This document shows positions 41,751 to 53,539 of a stretch of 64,000 nt of DNA, in pieces. Numbering within the stretch: the stretch's first letter is position 1; each line of letters begins with the position of its first letter. The notes under the pieces were generated by a model, which did no database searches, was not told the DNA's origin, and saw only the letters and a program-made list of their open reading frames with translations. The stretch is from Dicyema japonicum (Eukaryota > Animalia > Dicyemida), in assembly GCA_011109175.1 (NCBI GenBank), contig RDEW01000002.1:322299-386298 (forward strand), read 5' to 3'. Both the position numbers and the translations under genes were made by a program.

Positions 41751-43227
41751 TGAAGGGATTCAATATTTTGATATAAAATCCATAAATTTCATTGCAGCTA
41801 AAAGTTTTCAAATTGGGTACACATTGAAAATACTCTTAAAATCAGTTTTAATGTCTACTGAGGACTTGTCTTTCTTATGCATTCTATATAGAATCTTTGG
41901 GTATGTTTTCTTGCATTTGAGTCTCTTGATGTGGAGATTGAATTTTTGCTTACATGTTCCATGCAGGTATCTGTTCTCGAGAGTAAATTTCTGATACATT
42001 GTTTCGATTTATACAGACCTCACTCGGAATTTTCACATTCAGCAATTTTTTTAATTTCGGAGAGACTCTTTGAATAAGAAAATGAGTATTGAAATATTAA
42101 GCTATAAGGCCCCACCATCCTTTTGGGATCCTCCAAATCTTCGATTTGCAGAATCCATAACACCTAAGATCAATTAATTTTGTCACTGGATTGAATCTCG
42201 GCATCCGATTGAGGAGATTGCCGATGAACTAGATCATTTTCACTAGAAGACCTTTCATGAGATTCACGGTCATCATGTAGCCCTGAAGATATGCCTCTCA
42301 CCTCAAGCTGTTCATCATCTTAAAATTTTCAGTAGGCGGGCCATATTATTAACCCAGGAATCACCGTAAAAGAAGTTAACAGTAAACAACTAATTAAATG
42401 TATCCGCTTCCATTGTTACAAAAACAGAATCTTTCCAACTTCAAACAAATTCATTAGGAAAAGAGCTGTTGAACCCATCCAATGATCCATTTTAGTTCCA
42501 GTCTGGCACTGGGCGCCATCTGAGACAGTGGATCACATGATCAACACTCTAATAATAAGGTAAAGAAGAGAGGAACAAAACAAATAGAAAACTTAACCAA
42601 TTAGCCACGTAGCCAATACATGACGTCATGCGGAAACAAAAATTATTGTTAAATTTATTTATTACTACATGACGTATTCAAAATTTGACTAATTTATATT
42701 AATTTAATAATTATTTATTTTAAAAAATATTTTTTGCAATGTGGAGAACCTTCGGATACATTAACATATTTTTCATGCAGTTGTCACGTTCTTGTGGATT
42801 GTTGTGTGTTTATTTTATTGTATTTTTCAATTTCTACTATATTGTATTGTCATACATTTTCTTAAATATTATCGGATAAATCAAATAGTGTTGAAAACTT
42901 TTATCAAAATGTCTAATATATGTTTTAAATTTTGGTAACCTATTAATATGGATTATTCCTCACTACTTGATTTGTCCCTATTTATATTCTCTTGGCTATA
43001 TTTCTCTTCCAGACTATTTTATCCCCAATTGTTCAGTCGTCTTAATTGTAAAGAATATTTTCAAAATATTTTGTGAAACCGAGCCATTAGTGAAACATTG
43101 ACAATCACAGGATCTTGTTGCCTTTAAGTGATGATTCTCAGATTTTTTAAAATCGCTAATCTCCCCTTTGGAGTTAACTCACGTGATTATTAATAGTTCG
43201 TGTAAGTCAGACAAGAAAGAAGAATTT

Positions 43228-43449
43228 TCTAGAGCAGTTTCAAGTCCCATTATGAACTAAAAATTTCAAAAAAGCAGACTGTTTTATGATGTAGCCATAA
43301 TACCACAAGTCTTCCCGTATTAAAAACAATAATTAATGCAAGAAAGCACATGAACTAAATGATTACACAATCTTTCTATTTATTTTGTCCAATTGATGAT
43401 TGTTGAAAACGCTATATAGACTCCGCAACCTGCTGCAAATAAGGTTAAT
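43228..43449 (-). pseudogene. Tetraspanin pseudogene fragment (3' part of exon 2 to start of exon 4)
   Basis: rc aligns to ~3580-3806 and retains the 22-nt intron (donor mutated GT->GA) and a 24-nt version of the 23-nt intron. In-frame TAA replaces Tyr (TKYI -> TK*I). Confidence 0.9.
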
Positions 43450-43487
43450 GAACCTCTCATGATCGAGAGCACAATGTTCTGGAAAAT

Positions 43488-45175
43488 TTTCTTATTCTAA
43501 TTCCTATTAATATTCTAGAAATGATTATTCTGTCCTCAATCACAGAGAAATGGCAACAAGAGATTACTGCAAGCTTAAGAATTGAAAATAATTTGTTTCT
43601 TTTAGTTTTGATGACAAAAATAAAAAAATTGACTTATAAATGAGTTTATCTAGTCTAGTTTATAGAAAGTTTCCAATTTAAAAAAAAAGTTATTTGTTAT
43701 GAAAAAGTCTCAATTATGCCCTTGCACGCAATGGGAGTTACCTCTCATTATCGCGAGCCCAATGTTCTTGAAAATCTATCGCGTCATTCTAGACTCATCC
43801 TTCTGCAGTCCTGCAAGTCATCCGATTAATCTGATAAACTTAGAAGTGCTCGTATAATAACTCTAGACGTATCAACGGAGATCGGGCCACGGTAATTCCT
43901 TCTGTCAAATCTTCAGCAGTGTTCGATGCGCTGGTACCTGCACACAATGATGAGTTGAATAAGTTCGCTTTAGAAAAAGTGTTCGTGTACATTGAATTCG
44001 AAGTGAGACACCTTTCTTGGCTTCATGTCATGATCTTTAAGACATTTTAATATTACTTTCACCTAATTATTTATTTTTCAACTCATCTAACTTTACTCGC
44101 CTAAAACCACACTATGAAGACTAATTGATGCATGGAAAACCCAAAAACTACTTAACAGGGTAATATCTTCTAATCGAGTTATTACAATAAGACATCACAT
44201 GCCTCTTCTTTTTGAAAGATCACATTAACGTAACCACATTACGTTTACATCACCGATTGGAAATGCTCAGTCCACAAAGCACAATGATAATCAAATTTCG
44301 AATCTAGGCCATGTCCAAATTTAATCGCGACCTATATACATAATATATTAGTTCATTCAAATATTTTAGTTCATTGACATACATAATATATTAGTTCATT
44401 CACTAACATGGACTCAATTCTCAAACATGCTTAGTGGAATTAAATCCCACCCATATGCTTTATTGCTACCTCAATAAATCGTGATTTTATTTCTTGGTGG
44501 CACAGTACAGTGATTTAGTGCATCTACCTTAAATATCTAGTGCAATCTTATACCACGGTCCACTTCTATACTTCAGCCAACTACTTGCATTGTCTATGGA
44601 ACTCTTCACTGGAATTGTTGAATCTCGGTCAAGGTATGTTCCTTACCTTTTTTTATATTTTAGTTGTACGAGTCTGTAAACGATCCAAATCAACAGTGAG
44701 GTATTTACTTTTAAAGGCGTCACGCAAAAAAATTAAGAAGCATTGTAAATGCGTGGACCCTGAATAAACAGCAGCAAAATTCGAAACCAGAACAATCTGG
44801 ATTTTTCTAGGTTTTATGACACTACATCATGCTTCGCACAGAGTAAATCACACAAGTTACACAGAAGATATAAGATTCCTTGTTTCTTTAGTTTACTTTT
44901 ATTTATTATTAAGACTTCCATCTTCTTCTCTAAAAGCAACCAGCTTGAAGGGCCATTGTGTTCTCTAGAAACTATGTAATTGTTAAAAATCTATCAATTG
45001 CCATACTTATAACAAATTTCTCATGAGGATCTATTATCATGAGATATCTTCATTCATACCTCAATTTGAATAAGAAGCTCTTTGAAACAGGAGTTGTATC
45101 AGTCAGGTGAACATAAGAACGTGGGAATTTTTTTAAACCCCAAGACCACAAAAAAAGAATTAAAATTGCCGATTT
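43488..45175 (-). repeat. Inverted segmental copy of 1230-3315 (CRE relic plus tetraspanin upstream region)
   Basis: Roughly 80% identity by eye; for example ORF words HCLWNSSLE (1817- and 44585+) and HNDELN.FALEKVFVYIEF (2815- and 43945+). Confidence 0.9.
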
Positions 45176-45615
45176 TTAATTATATTCTTTTGACCTACTT
45201 GGTTGAAGGCTCTCATCCTATAATAAGTACCATATATCTTAGTTCAATCGATGCGCGGTACCGCGACCCAACTCTTTCAGAAAAGACCCAACGTCATCAC
45301 GGCATCAAAAAGGATTATTTTATCTCCCTCACATTAATGTATGGATAGTTAGATATTGACGAAGATGAGGTTGATGTATCTCCAAACTAAAATTATTATC
45401 TAGATTCATCAAAGAGAGAATCCTGAAGAGCAACCAACAATTTCTCCATCAGGTTTTATACCATATTACTTCTTATACATTTACATTCCATGGAACGAAA
45501 ATTTAATGACTTATATTTTTAGATTGTACTAGAAAAGGTTTAATGACTGATTTTTACAAATAGCTTCAAAAAAATTTTTTTAAACAAAATAATTTTTTTA
45601 GCAATTAAACAAATG

Positions 45616-45850
45616 TCAGTTGAGGAAGCCTGCTGTGTGGATTGCGAACGAGTTCCCTCGGAGTATGGCCATCCCAATCTTTTGTCTTAGCCATGACCAT
45701 TCTCGTTGATCCCTTTTCTTTCTGGCAAGCAATCCTTCTAGTTCACACAAAAACTCAGCCGTCATTGGATCAACGGCTCCAATGATTTGGTCGCAATCAT
45801 CAGGTTCGAATTATTATTTTGCATAGATTAAGCAAAATCATATACAAGAG
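45616..45850 (-). mobile_element. CRE-like element 3' end fragment
   Basis: FEPDDCDQIIGAVDPMTAEFLCELEGLLARKKRDQREWSWLRQKIGMAILRGNSFAIHTAGFLN*, a CRE RLE C-terminus. Confidence 0.8.
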
Positions 45851-46255
45851 GTTTAGCGACCTATTATTTACCGTAGAATGCAAAAAACCATCAAGAACTT
45901 GTATAATGTGTCATTATTCCCCTAGGCTGTCAATCTTGATAAAAAAGTGGTATAATGTATGATTACTAATTCTTATTTAGTGCTAAAGGACATACATATT
46001 GTCTAATGCGTAATTAATCTTCTTGTCTCTAAAAAAACTTCTAGAAAAATAATCAACGACTGACAACTTTATAGAACCTCCAACCATCCCCTATCACATG
46101 TTTTATGTTTGAATAATACTCTAAGTTATGATTATACAGTAAACTCTTTAAATATGCCATTCTTAAATTTGCCAAAATTAACCAACATTTTAAAAAAATA
46201 TTAAAATTTTTAAATATTTTAAAAAATTTTAAAAATTTAAATAAAGCAAATCAAC

Positions 46256-46396
46256 ATGGGTCGGATTGTTCCTGTGGGAGGATACACCAGACTTTCAATT
46301 GCTCAAAAAGTTGAAATATTGCAGTATGACGAAACCAATAAATCAGCTTCATGTCAGACGATATGCAACAGATTTTCTTCTATTTCTTATCCATGA
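46256..46396 (+). pseudogene. pogo/Tigger-like transposase N-terminal HTH fragment
   Basis: MGRIVPVGGYTRLSIAQKVEILQYDETNKSASCQTICNRF resembles the CENP-B_N/HTH pattern (RxSxxQKxEIL...S...Ix.xF). It stops where the LINE begins. Confidence 0.4.
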
Positions 46397-46399
46397 AGG

Positions 46400-48670
46400 A
46401 GGATAGTTTTCCAGGTACGCTCTAATTTTGTGTGGTGACGTCGAATCCAACGCAGGCCCTAAAATCAACCTGGTCCAGATCAATATTAAAGGAATGCGAA
46501 ACAAGGTACTGGAAGTCTGCCACTTACTTAATAGAAATGAAATTGAAATTGCTCTAGTCCAAGAGCAAAGCTCCAAACATACGAACCCCAACCTTTCCCG
46601 GATACTCCGTTAACCGTAAAGACAGAAAGATTACGTTTGATGGAGGACTAATGACACTAACAAGAAATGGAATTCAATATGAAGATATTTCAAACAAAAT
46701 CGAAAATTCTATAGAGAAGACGACCCTTTTGAACTAATTGGCAAGTATTAAAATTCCCAGGAAAACTATAAATAATTTCAATGTATATATTCCACCTACT
46801 AGCTCTTGTCCAAGTGGGTATTACCCTAACCCCTAGAATTTCTCAAATCTCAAAAACGTACTACTAGGTGGTGACATCAACGACAAACATCAATTATTGT
46901 ATGAAGGCCAGAAACTAGTCAGTAGAGGAAACCTACTGAGCAGAAATTTAGGACAATTTTGTATATTAAATAAAACCAAAAGCAACACAAGAACACCTAC
47001 TCGAACAGGAGACAAACCTACATCTCCTGACCTTTCTATATGTTCCCCATCAATGTTTCCCTCATCAACTGGACTGTAAAATAAGATCCAGAAGTCATCA
47101 CAACCATATTATGATGAAAATCAACATTGAAAATAAATTTATCAGACAGAATTTCACTTTTTTAAATTTTAAAAGCGCAAATTGGTCCAACTTCTCTAAT
47201 TACATCGACATAGACATGGAAATATTTTACACATTGGTATTCTCATGACCATATGATCAAAACTTTCACGGACATTATACTCCAAGCAAGAAAACTATTT
47301 ATTCCAATGGATGCTATCAAACAAGGAATAGCTTTATAATATGCATACAAAAACACTTATCAGGAAAGAAATAAATTAAAGAGGCAAAAGGATTTATCAA
47401 ATGACGATTTCCAAAAAAATGAAAACCTTAAATGTACAAATTCAAGAAGCGATGGACATCACTTATTGATTCTCTATCGCCAAATACATCCGAGACGCTG
47501 ATATGGAGGAAAATAAATATGAAACGTTGCAATGAAGGATCTGAGAAATCCTCCACGGACAGGGATGTAGCAACATCGACCCAAATATTTTAATGAATCA
47601 CTATGTCGTGATCATCCATTAAAATTTCTCGAGGGAACAGAGAGTCAAGAAGAAGTTTTATCCATCATATGACTTGATTGTCTTTAGTCCGCAAGAAGTT
47701 CGAAACGCAATCATGGATGCCAAAAACTCCCGTTCCTGAGGTGCTGAAAATATCTCGATAACGGAACTAAAACACCTTGGTGAAAAAGCAACCGAATTCC
47801 TATCATACGTTTATACTCTATCAGTGAACAATATGATACCTTCTATATGGAAGAAATCCATAATTTTTCCAATTCGGAAGCCAAACAAACCTGCAAACGA
47901 TCCCTCTTCTTATCGTCAATTGCAATATTATGTGCGTTGTCCCGAATTATGGAAAGATTAATCTTAACACGAATCAAAGATATTTGTACTAAATCGAGTA
48001 TTCCAGCATGGATTCCGTGAAAATCACTCTACTACGACTCACTTAACAAAATTAACTCAATATATCTCTGATGGATTCTCCTACCCAAACCGCATAAATA
48101 GACCATAATGGCTTCAATAGACTTGAAGAAAGCATTCGACTCCGTGTCCAGGCCACTTATAGAGAAAATTTCTGACACTCTTATAAATACAAACATTAAA
48201 AGATGGCTGTCGAACTTTCTAAATGGAAGAAGAGGACAAGTGATGTCGAACAACAGAAAATCTAAATCCTATTTATTGCCGAATGGTGTCCCTCAAGCTT
48301 CACCTCTCCCCTGCTCTTCAACTTGTACACCAATGACCTTCCCACCAATGATGATCCCGATACATATGCAGATGACATTGTTCTTGCGACGAGAGACTCT
48401 AACTATGAGAAGGCAGGGATGAAACTTCAAAGTTATATTGGTTTGTTGGAACATTGGCTCATATCAAATCTAACAATTTTCTCTACATATAGAAGATCAT
48501 TATACTCTCCCAAAATCAAATTATTAGGATATGAAATTCCTATGAATAAATCTCCAACAATACTAGGATTAAAGTTAGATACTCTACTGACATTCGACGA
48601 ACAGGTCAATGACGTTATTTCAAAGGTCAGGAGGAGGACCAACATATTGAAATTTTTGTCCCGATCACCA
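46400..48670 (+). mobile_element. Ingi/Vingi-like LINE, decayed (2A-like motif, APE, RT)
   Basis: LILCGDVESNAGP, then INLVQINIKG...IALVQE, LGGDINDKH, TSPDLS, QHGFRENHST, ASIDLKKAFDSV, NGVPQ, YADD. Confidence 0.85.
46407..46460 (+). other. 2A-like (StopGo) peptide, NAGP variant
   Basis: FSRYALILCGDVESNAGP lies directly before the APE domain; the consensus is GD(V/I)ExNPGP. Confidence 0.75.
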
Positions 48671-48724
48671 ATCAAACATACGAACACCAACCTTTCCCGG
48701 ATACTCCGTTATCAAAATTCTAGC

Positions 48725-48792
48725 GTGCGTCATGTGGTTCGTCTTGTCAGGTGGCGACAGATACAAGCCAAAAGTGTATCCAAAAAGAACCA
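48725..48792 (+). ncRNA. Candidate HDV-like ribozyme at the LINE 5' end
   Basis: Helices occur in HDV order: P2 TGGTTC/GAACCA, P4 GATAC/GTATC, J4/2 beginning with C, weak P3 GTC/GGT and weak P1. The second copy at 54712-54779 shows P4 covariation. Confidence 0.5.
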
Positions 48793-48859
48793 TTCGTCAA
48801 CGACCATCGAGAAGAGTTCCTCCTGGACGGCACTTCCTACACATCCTTGCACTTTTCCG

Positions 48860-48905
48860 GTGGAGACTCGTCATGTCAGGAAATGTTGAAATGAATTCGG
48901 GACCA
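48860..48905 (+). other. Degenerate 2A-like peptide (NVEMNSGP)
   Basis: RWRLVMSGNVEMNSGP ends a 58-codon leader immediately before the APE domain. Confidence 0.6.
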
Positions 48906-49179
48906 AGGCATTAAAGATACTTAGCTTGAATATTAACGGAGTTAGAGGTAAGGCATCCGAACTTAGTTTATATTTGGAGAGGAACAAAATTGATATCTGC
49001 TTCTTACAAGAGACCAAGCTTTCTTGGAAATCCATTACTCTTAAATTTACCGGTTTCAATGTATCGAGAGTCGAGGTGGAGGAATATTGAGACATTATGT
49101 TCAACAAACACTCCTCATATTCAGGAATCTGATAGAAGACGCAAACATAAAAGTTATTGGGATTTCGGTACAGACCTCT

Positions 49180-49504
49180 AATAATAAAGCCTTTTCACGA
49201 GAGCCATAGTATTTTATAGCTCCGCATAGGCAGGACACACACTTTATTTAAGTAAATAACAGTTAATTTTAACTAATCGTAGAACCAAGGAATGATCTTC
49301 ACTTCTTTTTTTCTTTTTCTTGTGTGAGTGTCCTTTCTAGACAAATCCAGTTCCGCAGTGAGTATTCACTGATGACGGCGTCACTCGTCAAACCATTTCT
49401 GCATCGTAGATGCGTGGAACCTTCCATCAGGTGAACAGCAGCGAGATTCGAACCCGTAGCCTAAGCCACTTAAGCCCGACACCTAACCACTAAGCCACCC
49501 GGCT
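49180..49504 (-). mobile_element. tRNA-derived SINE, copy 3
   Basis: rc of the same 320-bp family: A box TGGCTTAGTGG, B box GGTTCGAATCT, (TAT)n tail. It splits the host APE frame (VQTS|LGAIIIANFY). Confidence 0.92.
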
Positions 49505-49736
49505 ACTCTCTTGGAGCTATTATTATCGCCAACTTCTATGTTCCCCCAAGGTTTCTATCCAAAAGGATTTTCTAAGGATTTGTCTGCCCTAGATATGATA
49601 GAAAACTTGTTGTCCGGAGATTTTAATGGTAAGCATTTTTCGTTGTATGAGAAACAACCTCCAGTTACAAGGGGATTTCATATAATTTCCAAACTAGAAA
49701 ATCTGACCTTTATGAACGACCCAACTAGGAATACAT

Positions 49737-51380
49737 TTATTTATTTAATAACCCCGAAAAGGGAACACCAAGAAAGAGGGAGTAAACCAACTAATTAAGT
49801 GATCCCGGTACGCCTCAACAGGATCGAGAGGTTTTTCCTGTGTTCCTCCAGAGTACCCACGGCTTTCCTGAATAAACGACGATCATCTTTCATTAGAGTT
49901 TGAAGAGGAGTGGGTTTTTTCCCCAAATTTCGTGTATTTGAAGCCTTTAGCCTTGAATGGAAAAAACGACTTGTTTCTTGGCCACACAGACAGATGAAGC
50001 CGGAGCCATTATTTTTGATTGCGGCGTGGTCAAGCATTGGAGGGAAAAGATCGGGGGGTAGATTCGTTTGACGTGCTAGTTTTCCAATTAGGGTATTGAT
50101 CTTGAGTGAATTTGATATCGAAGCTCCATAGGCCCATGAGGCACAAGCGTACTCAATCGTCGGTTTTAGGAGTTGATTGAACACGACGAGGGCGCATTCC
50201 TGTGAGGGTTTGGACTTCAAGAGCGGTTTGATTATATTAAGTTTCCTGAGACCCTTTGTCATAACGTTATTCACATGTTGAGAAAATGTCATCAAAGGGT
50301 CAAATGTCACTCCCAGGATAGTTGGACGAGTCTGTAGTGGTAAGGAGTCTCCAAAAATGTTCAAATCCAGTGTATGTTTTTCTTTTCTGTCCGTGGTAAA
50401 GATTGTATACGTTGATTTATCCCTGGATACGGAGAGACGATTCAGCTTCAACCAGGCTCCCAGGTCGTCAATATGTGACTGAAGCTCTGATTTTGCTGTA
50501 TCACGTATTTGTTTGCTAGCGATGATTAGGTCGTCAGCATAAGTGAGAAGCATTGAATCTGGTCCTCCAGGGCAGGGTAAATCGTTGAGGAACAAGTTGA
50601 ATAGTGCCGGAGAGAGGGGCGATCCTTGAGGGACGCCATTTGGTAGGAGACTGGACCTCGATCTTGCGTGGCCTATACAGACACGTCCTCTTCTTCCGGA
50701 GAGAAAATTGGCTATCCATCTTTTCAAATCCGTCTGAATGGTGGTGTCAAAAACCTTCTTTGTGAGTAATATTCTCGAGACAGAATCGAACGCCTTCTGG
50801 ATATCCAGGGAAACCATTATTGTCCGTAGATGGCGTTTTGGTACGTTGAACCCTTCTGATATAAATTGAGACAGTGAAGTCAAATGTGTCGTAGTTGAAC
50901 GCTCACATTTGAAACCATGTTGAAAGTGGAAGTCGGGCAAATGGGGTTTAATTTTCCAGAGTACGAGTTTCTCCATTAGGTGCGATAATGCGCACGTTAA
51001 TGAAATTGGACGGTAGGAAGAAGGTGAGGTTTTCGGTTTTCCTGGTTTAAGGATCGGTATTATAAGTGAGTTCTTCCATTTGCATGGGATGACATTCATG
51101 TTAGAAGACAAATTAAAAATTGACGTAATCGAATTGATTGCAGCATTACCAAAGTGTTTTAACAAAATTCCCGGAATGCCGTCAGGTCCACACGTAAAAG
51201 ATCTCTTCATCGATCTTATAGCCTGTGCGACATCGGCATGCGTAAATAGATTGATCCATGAAGCTGGTTTAGGCACTAAATTCCGAAAGTGACAAGAATG
51301 GGATTTCGAGAAGTCCTTGTGACTTATGGATGCGTAATATTTCATTAGGTTGTTAGCTTGCACAGTATTTGGAGCAGAAA
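49737..51380 (-). mobile_element. 5'-truncated Ingi/Vingi-like LINE with an open RT ORF and perfect 10-bp TSD
   Basis: TSD AGGAATACAT at 49727-49736 and 51381-51390. Stop-free ~530 codons with GFN...RTIMVSLDIQKAFDSV, GVPQGSPLSP, LTYADD, ending LLRRTGIT*. TAAA tail. Confidence 0.93.
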
Positions 51381-53539
51381 AGGAATACATGAACCCAGTA
51401 TAATAGCAAGGATTCGGTTAAATCATCGGATGTTACGTTATGTTTTCTACGGCATGCTCCGCTTATGTGCTGGTTTGTAAACTATGACTTACAAAGCGAC
51501 CATAATCCCATTCTGATCAAGATCAATTGTATACCAATGACGCGTTCAAAACACATCATATTTTATGACTATATAATGCTGACTGGACAAGATTCAGAAG
51601 ATACGTGGATTCGGCCCTATTGAATTTCCATCCGAATAATTTCAACTCAATTGATAGAGCAGTCTATCACTTTAATAAAATTTTGGAAGGGAGAAAACTA
51701 TTTGTCAGAAAAGGAATCTTAATGATCACCAAGAAGAAATATGATGCAAGCACAATCAAACTAATAAAAGAAAGGAATTGTCTCAAACGTAAAAAGCACC
51801 TAACAAAACATGATACTAACAGAATCCGTGCACTGAACATGAAGATCAACGAAAAGACGAAACTTCTCCAAAAAACAAAACTGGGCCGAATTTCTAGAGC
51901 TATGAAAAAATAGTTCACTTACCAAGATGTGGAGATGCTGCGAAATGTCAAAAATGCTGAAAACAATATCGAGGGAGACCGTGAACAGAAGGTGATCTGA
52001 ATAAATTTATCATTGTGTGAGAATAAGCCACAAACCATTAAAAGGATGGACATTCTCCACACAAAACCGAAAAGTAGGCACCCAACAATGTATGTTCTAC
52101 CGGAAGATGTCGCTTTGGAGATCTATTGAACAAAGAACACACATTCCTGTGGACCGGACGGGATTCCAGTTATTCTGTTAAAAAATGGGCACAGTGGGAG
52201 TATCAGCACTAACATGCATCTTCAACTACTCAATCAACTTCAACTGTATTCCCGCTATATGAAAACTTTTGAATATTCATCTAATACTGAAGCCTGGGAA
52301 ACCAATGCAGGACGCTGCTTCTTACAGCCCTTTGTCGCTCTTGTGCGTCCAGACAAGAATCCTAGAAAAGATGGTTATGACACTCACACGACATTCCCTT
52401 TTGGATGCCAGTTTTCAGCATGGTTTTAAAGAAAGACGATCAACTATCACACACCTAAATACATTAAAGAAGTTCACAACAGATGGCCTCAACAAAAGAC
52501 CAGGACAGAAAAAGACGATTGTATGCTCAATTGATATCCAGAAGGCTTTTGACCCTGTTTCGAGAAAGATTATCACGCACAAAATATATTCGTCGAACAT
52601 TGACGCAAACCTGAAATTATGGTTGGGAAATTTCTTGAGTGGTCGACGAGGACGAGTACACATGGCAATCGATGTTCCGTATCGAGACTATTAGCAAATG
52701 GCGTTCCCCAGGGCTCCCCATTATCTCCCCTATTGTTCAACGTTATGATGGATGACTAGCCACTCCCTCAGGGGACGATGACATATTGTTAACGTATGCT
52801 GATGATATAGTCATTGCCTCGAGGGATGTGAGTATCGTGGAAGCAACAAGAAGAATACAGGACAAAATGTATAAGTTAAGTTTATGGCTTTGGGAAAATC
52901 AATTGACTGCTATCCCGGAGAAGTTGGTGTCGACCCTATTCACGACAAACAGAAGACTAGGAAAATATCAATTGAAGTCACACTGGATGGGAAGATTATC
53001 CAGCAAAACAAATACCAGAAAATCCTGGACGTCACCTTGAACATTTTCTTAACCTTTACAAAACATGTCGAAAATATGTTATTGACTTGTACGAGAAAAA
53101 TCAACTTCCTGAAGACGTTCTTGGGAAACCTAAGAGATATAAAAGATCTGAGTGATCTGGATATCATATACAAACAGTTCATCGAGGCTAATAGGATACG
53201 CATGTAATATCTGGGGATCTAACCTTTCTGCAACGAATTTGGACAAGATGTGCAACATTCAAGTAAAGTTAGCAAACCTACTAAGGAAATATTTCCGAGT
53301 GGAGATCTTGCCTAGAAACCTAGAAAATATGATAGAGGCGACTAAAGCAGTGCCTCTGCGAAGGACTCGGGTATACGGACCCCGTCCATATCGGAAATGC
53401 GCGCAGTCGAAAACCGAGAAGCGGTGACTTCTAAGGGAATCTGGGATCACCTGAATTTGTTTATTTTGGATATGACGGTGGTTTTTTGGTTAATTAAAAA
53501 TAATTAATTATCATTTTAAAAAAATAAAATAAATCGGGC

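Larger units (their letters stand above)
48721..53455 (+). mobile_element. Full-length Ingi/Vingi-like LINE interrupted by a SINE and a second LINE
   Basis: Structured 5' end, leader ORF ending SGNVEMNSGP, APE LKILSLNINGVRG...ICFLQETKL, [SINE], IIANFYVPP...SGDFNGKH...DPTRNT, [insert], SSDVTLC...DLQSDHNPIL, RT (CGPDGIP, QHGFKERRST, SIDIQKAFDPV, GVPQGSPLSP, TYADD), ending LLRESGIT* at ~53452. Confidence 0.9.

Noticed and set aside
46255-46330. Second HDV-like fold upstream of the first 2A element
   Set aside because: No J4/2 cytosine and poor P1; better explained as a pogo-like coding fragment.
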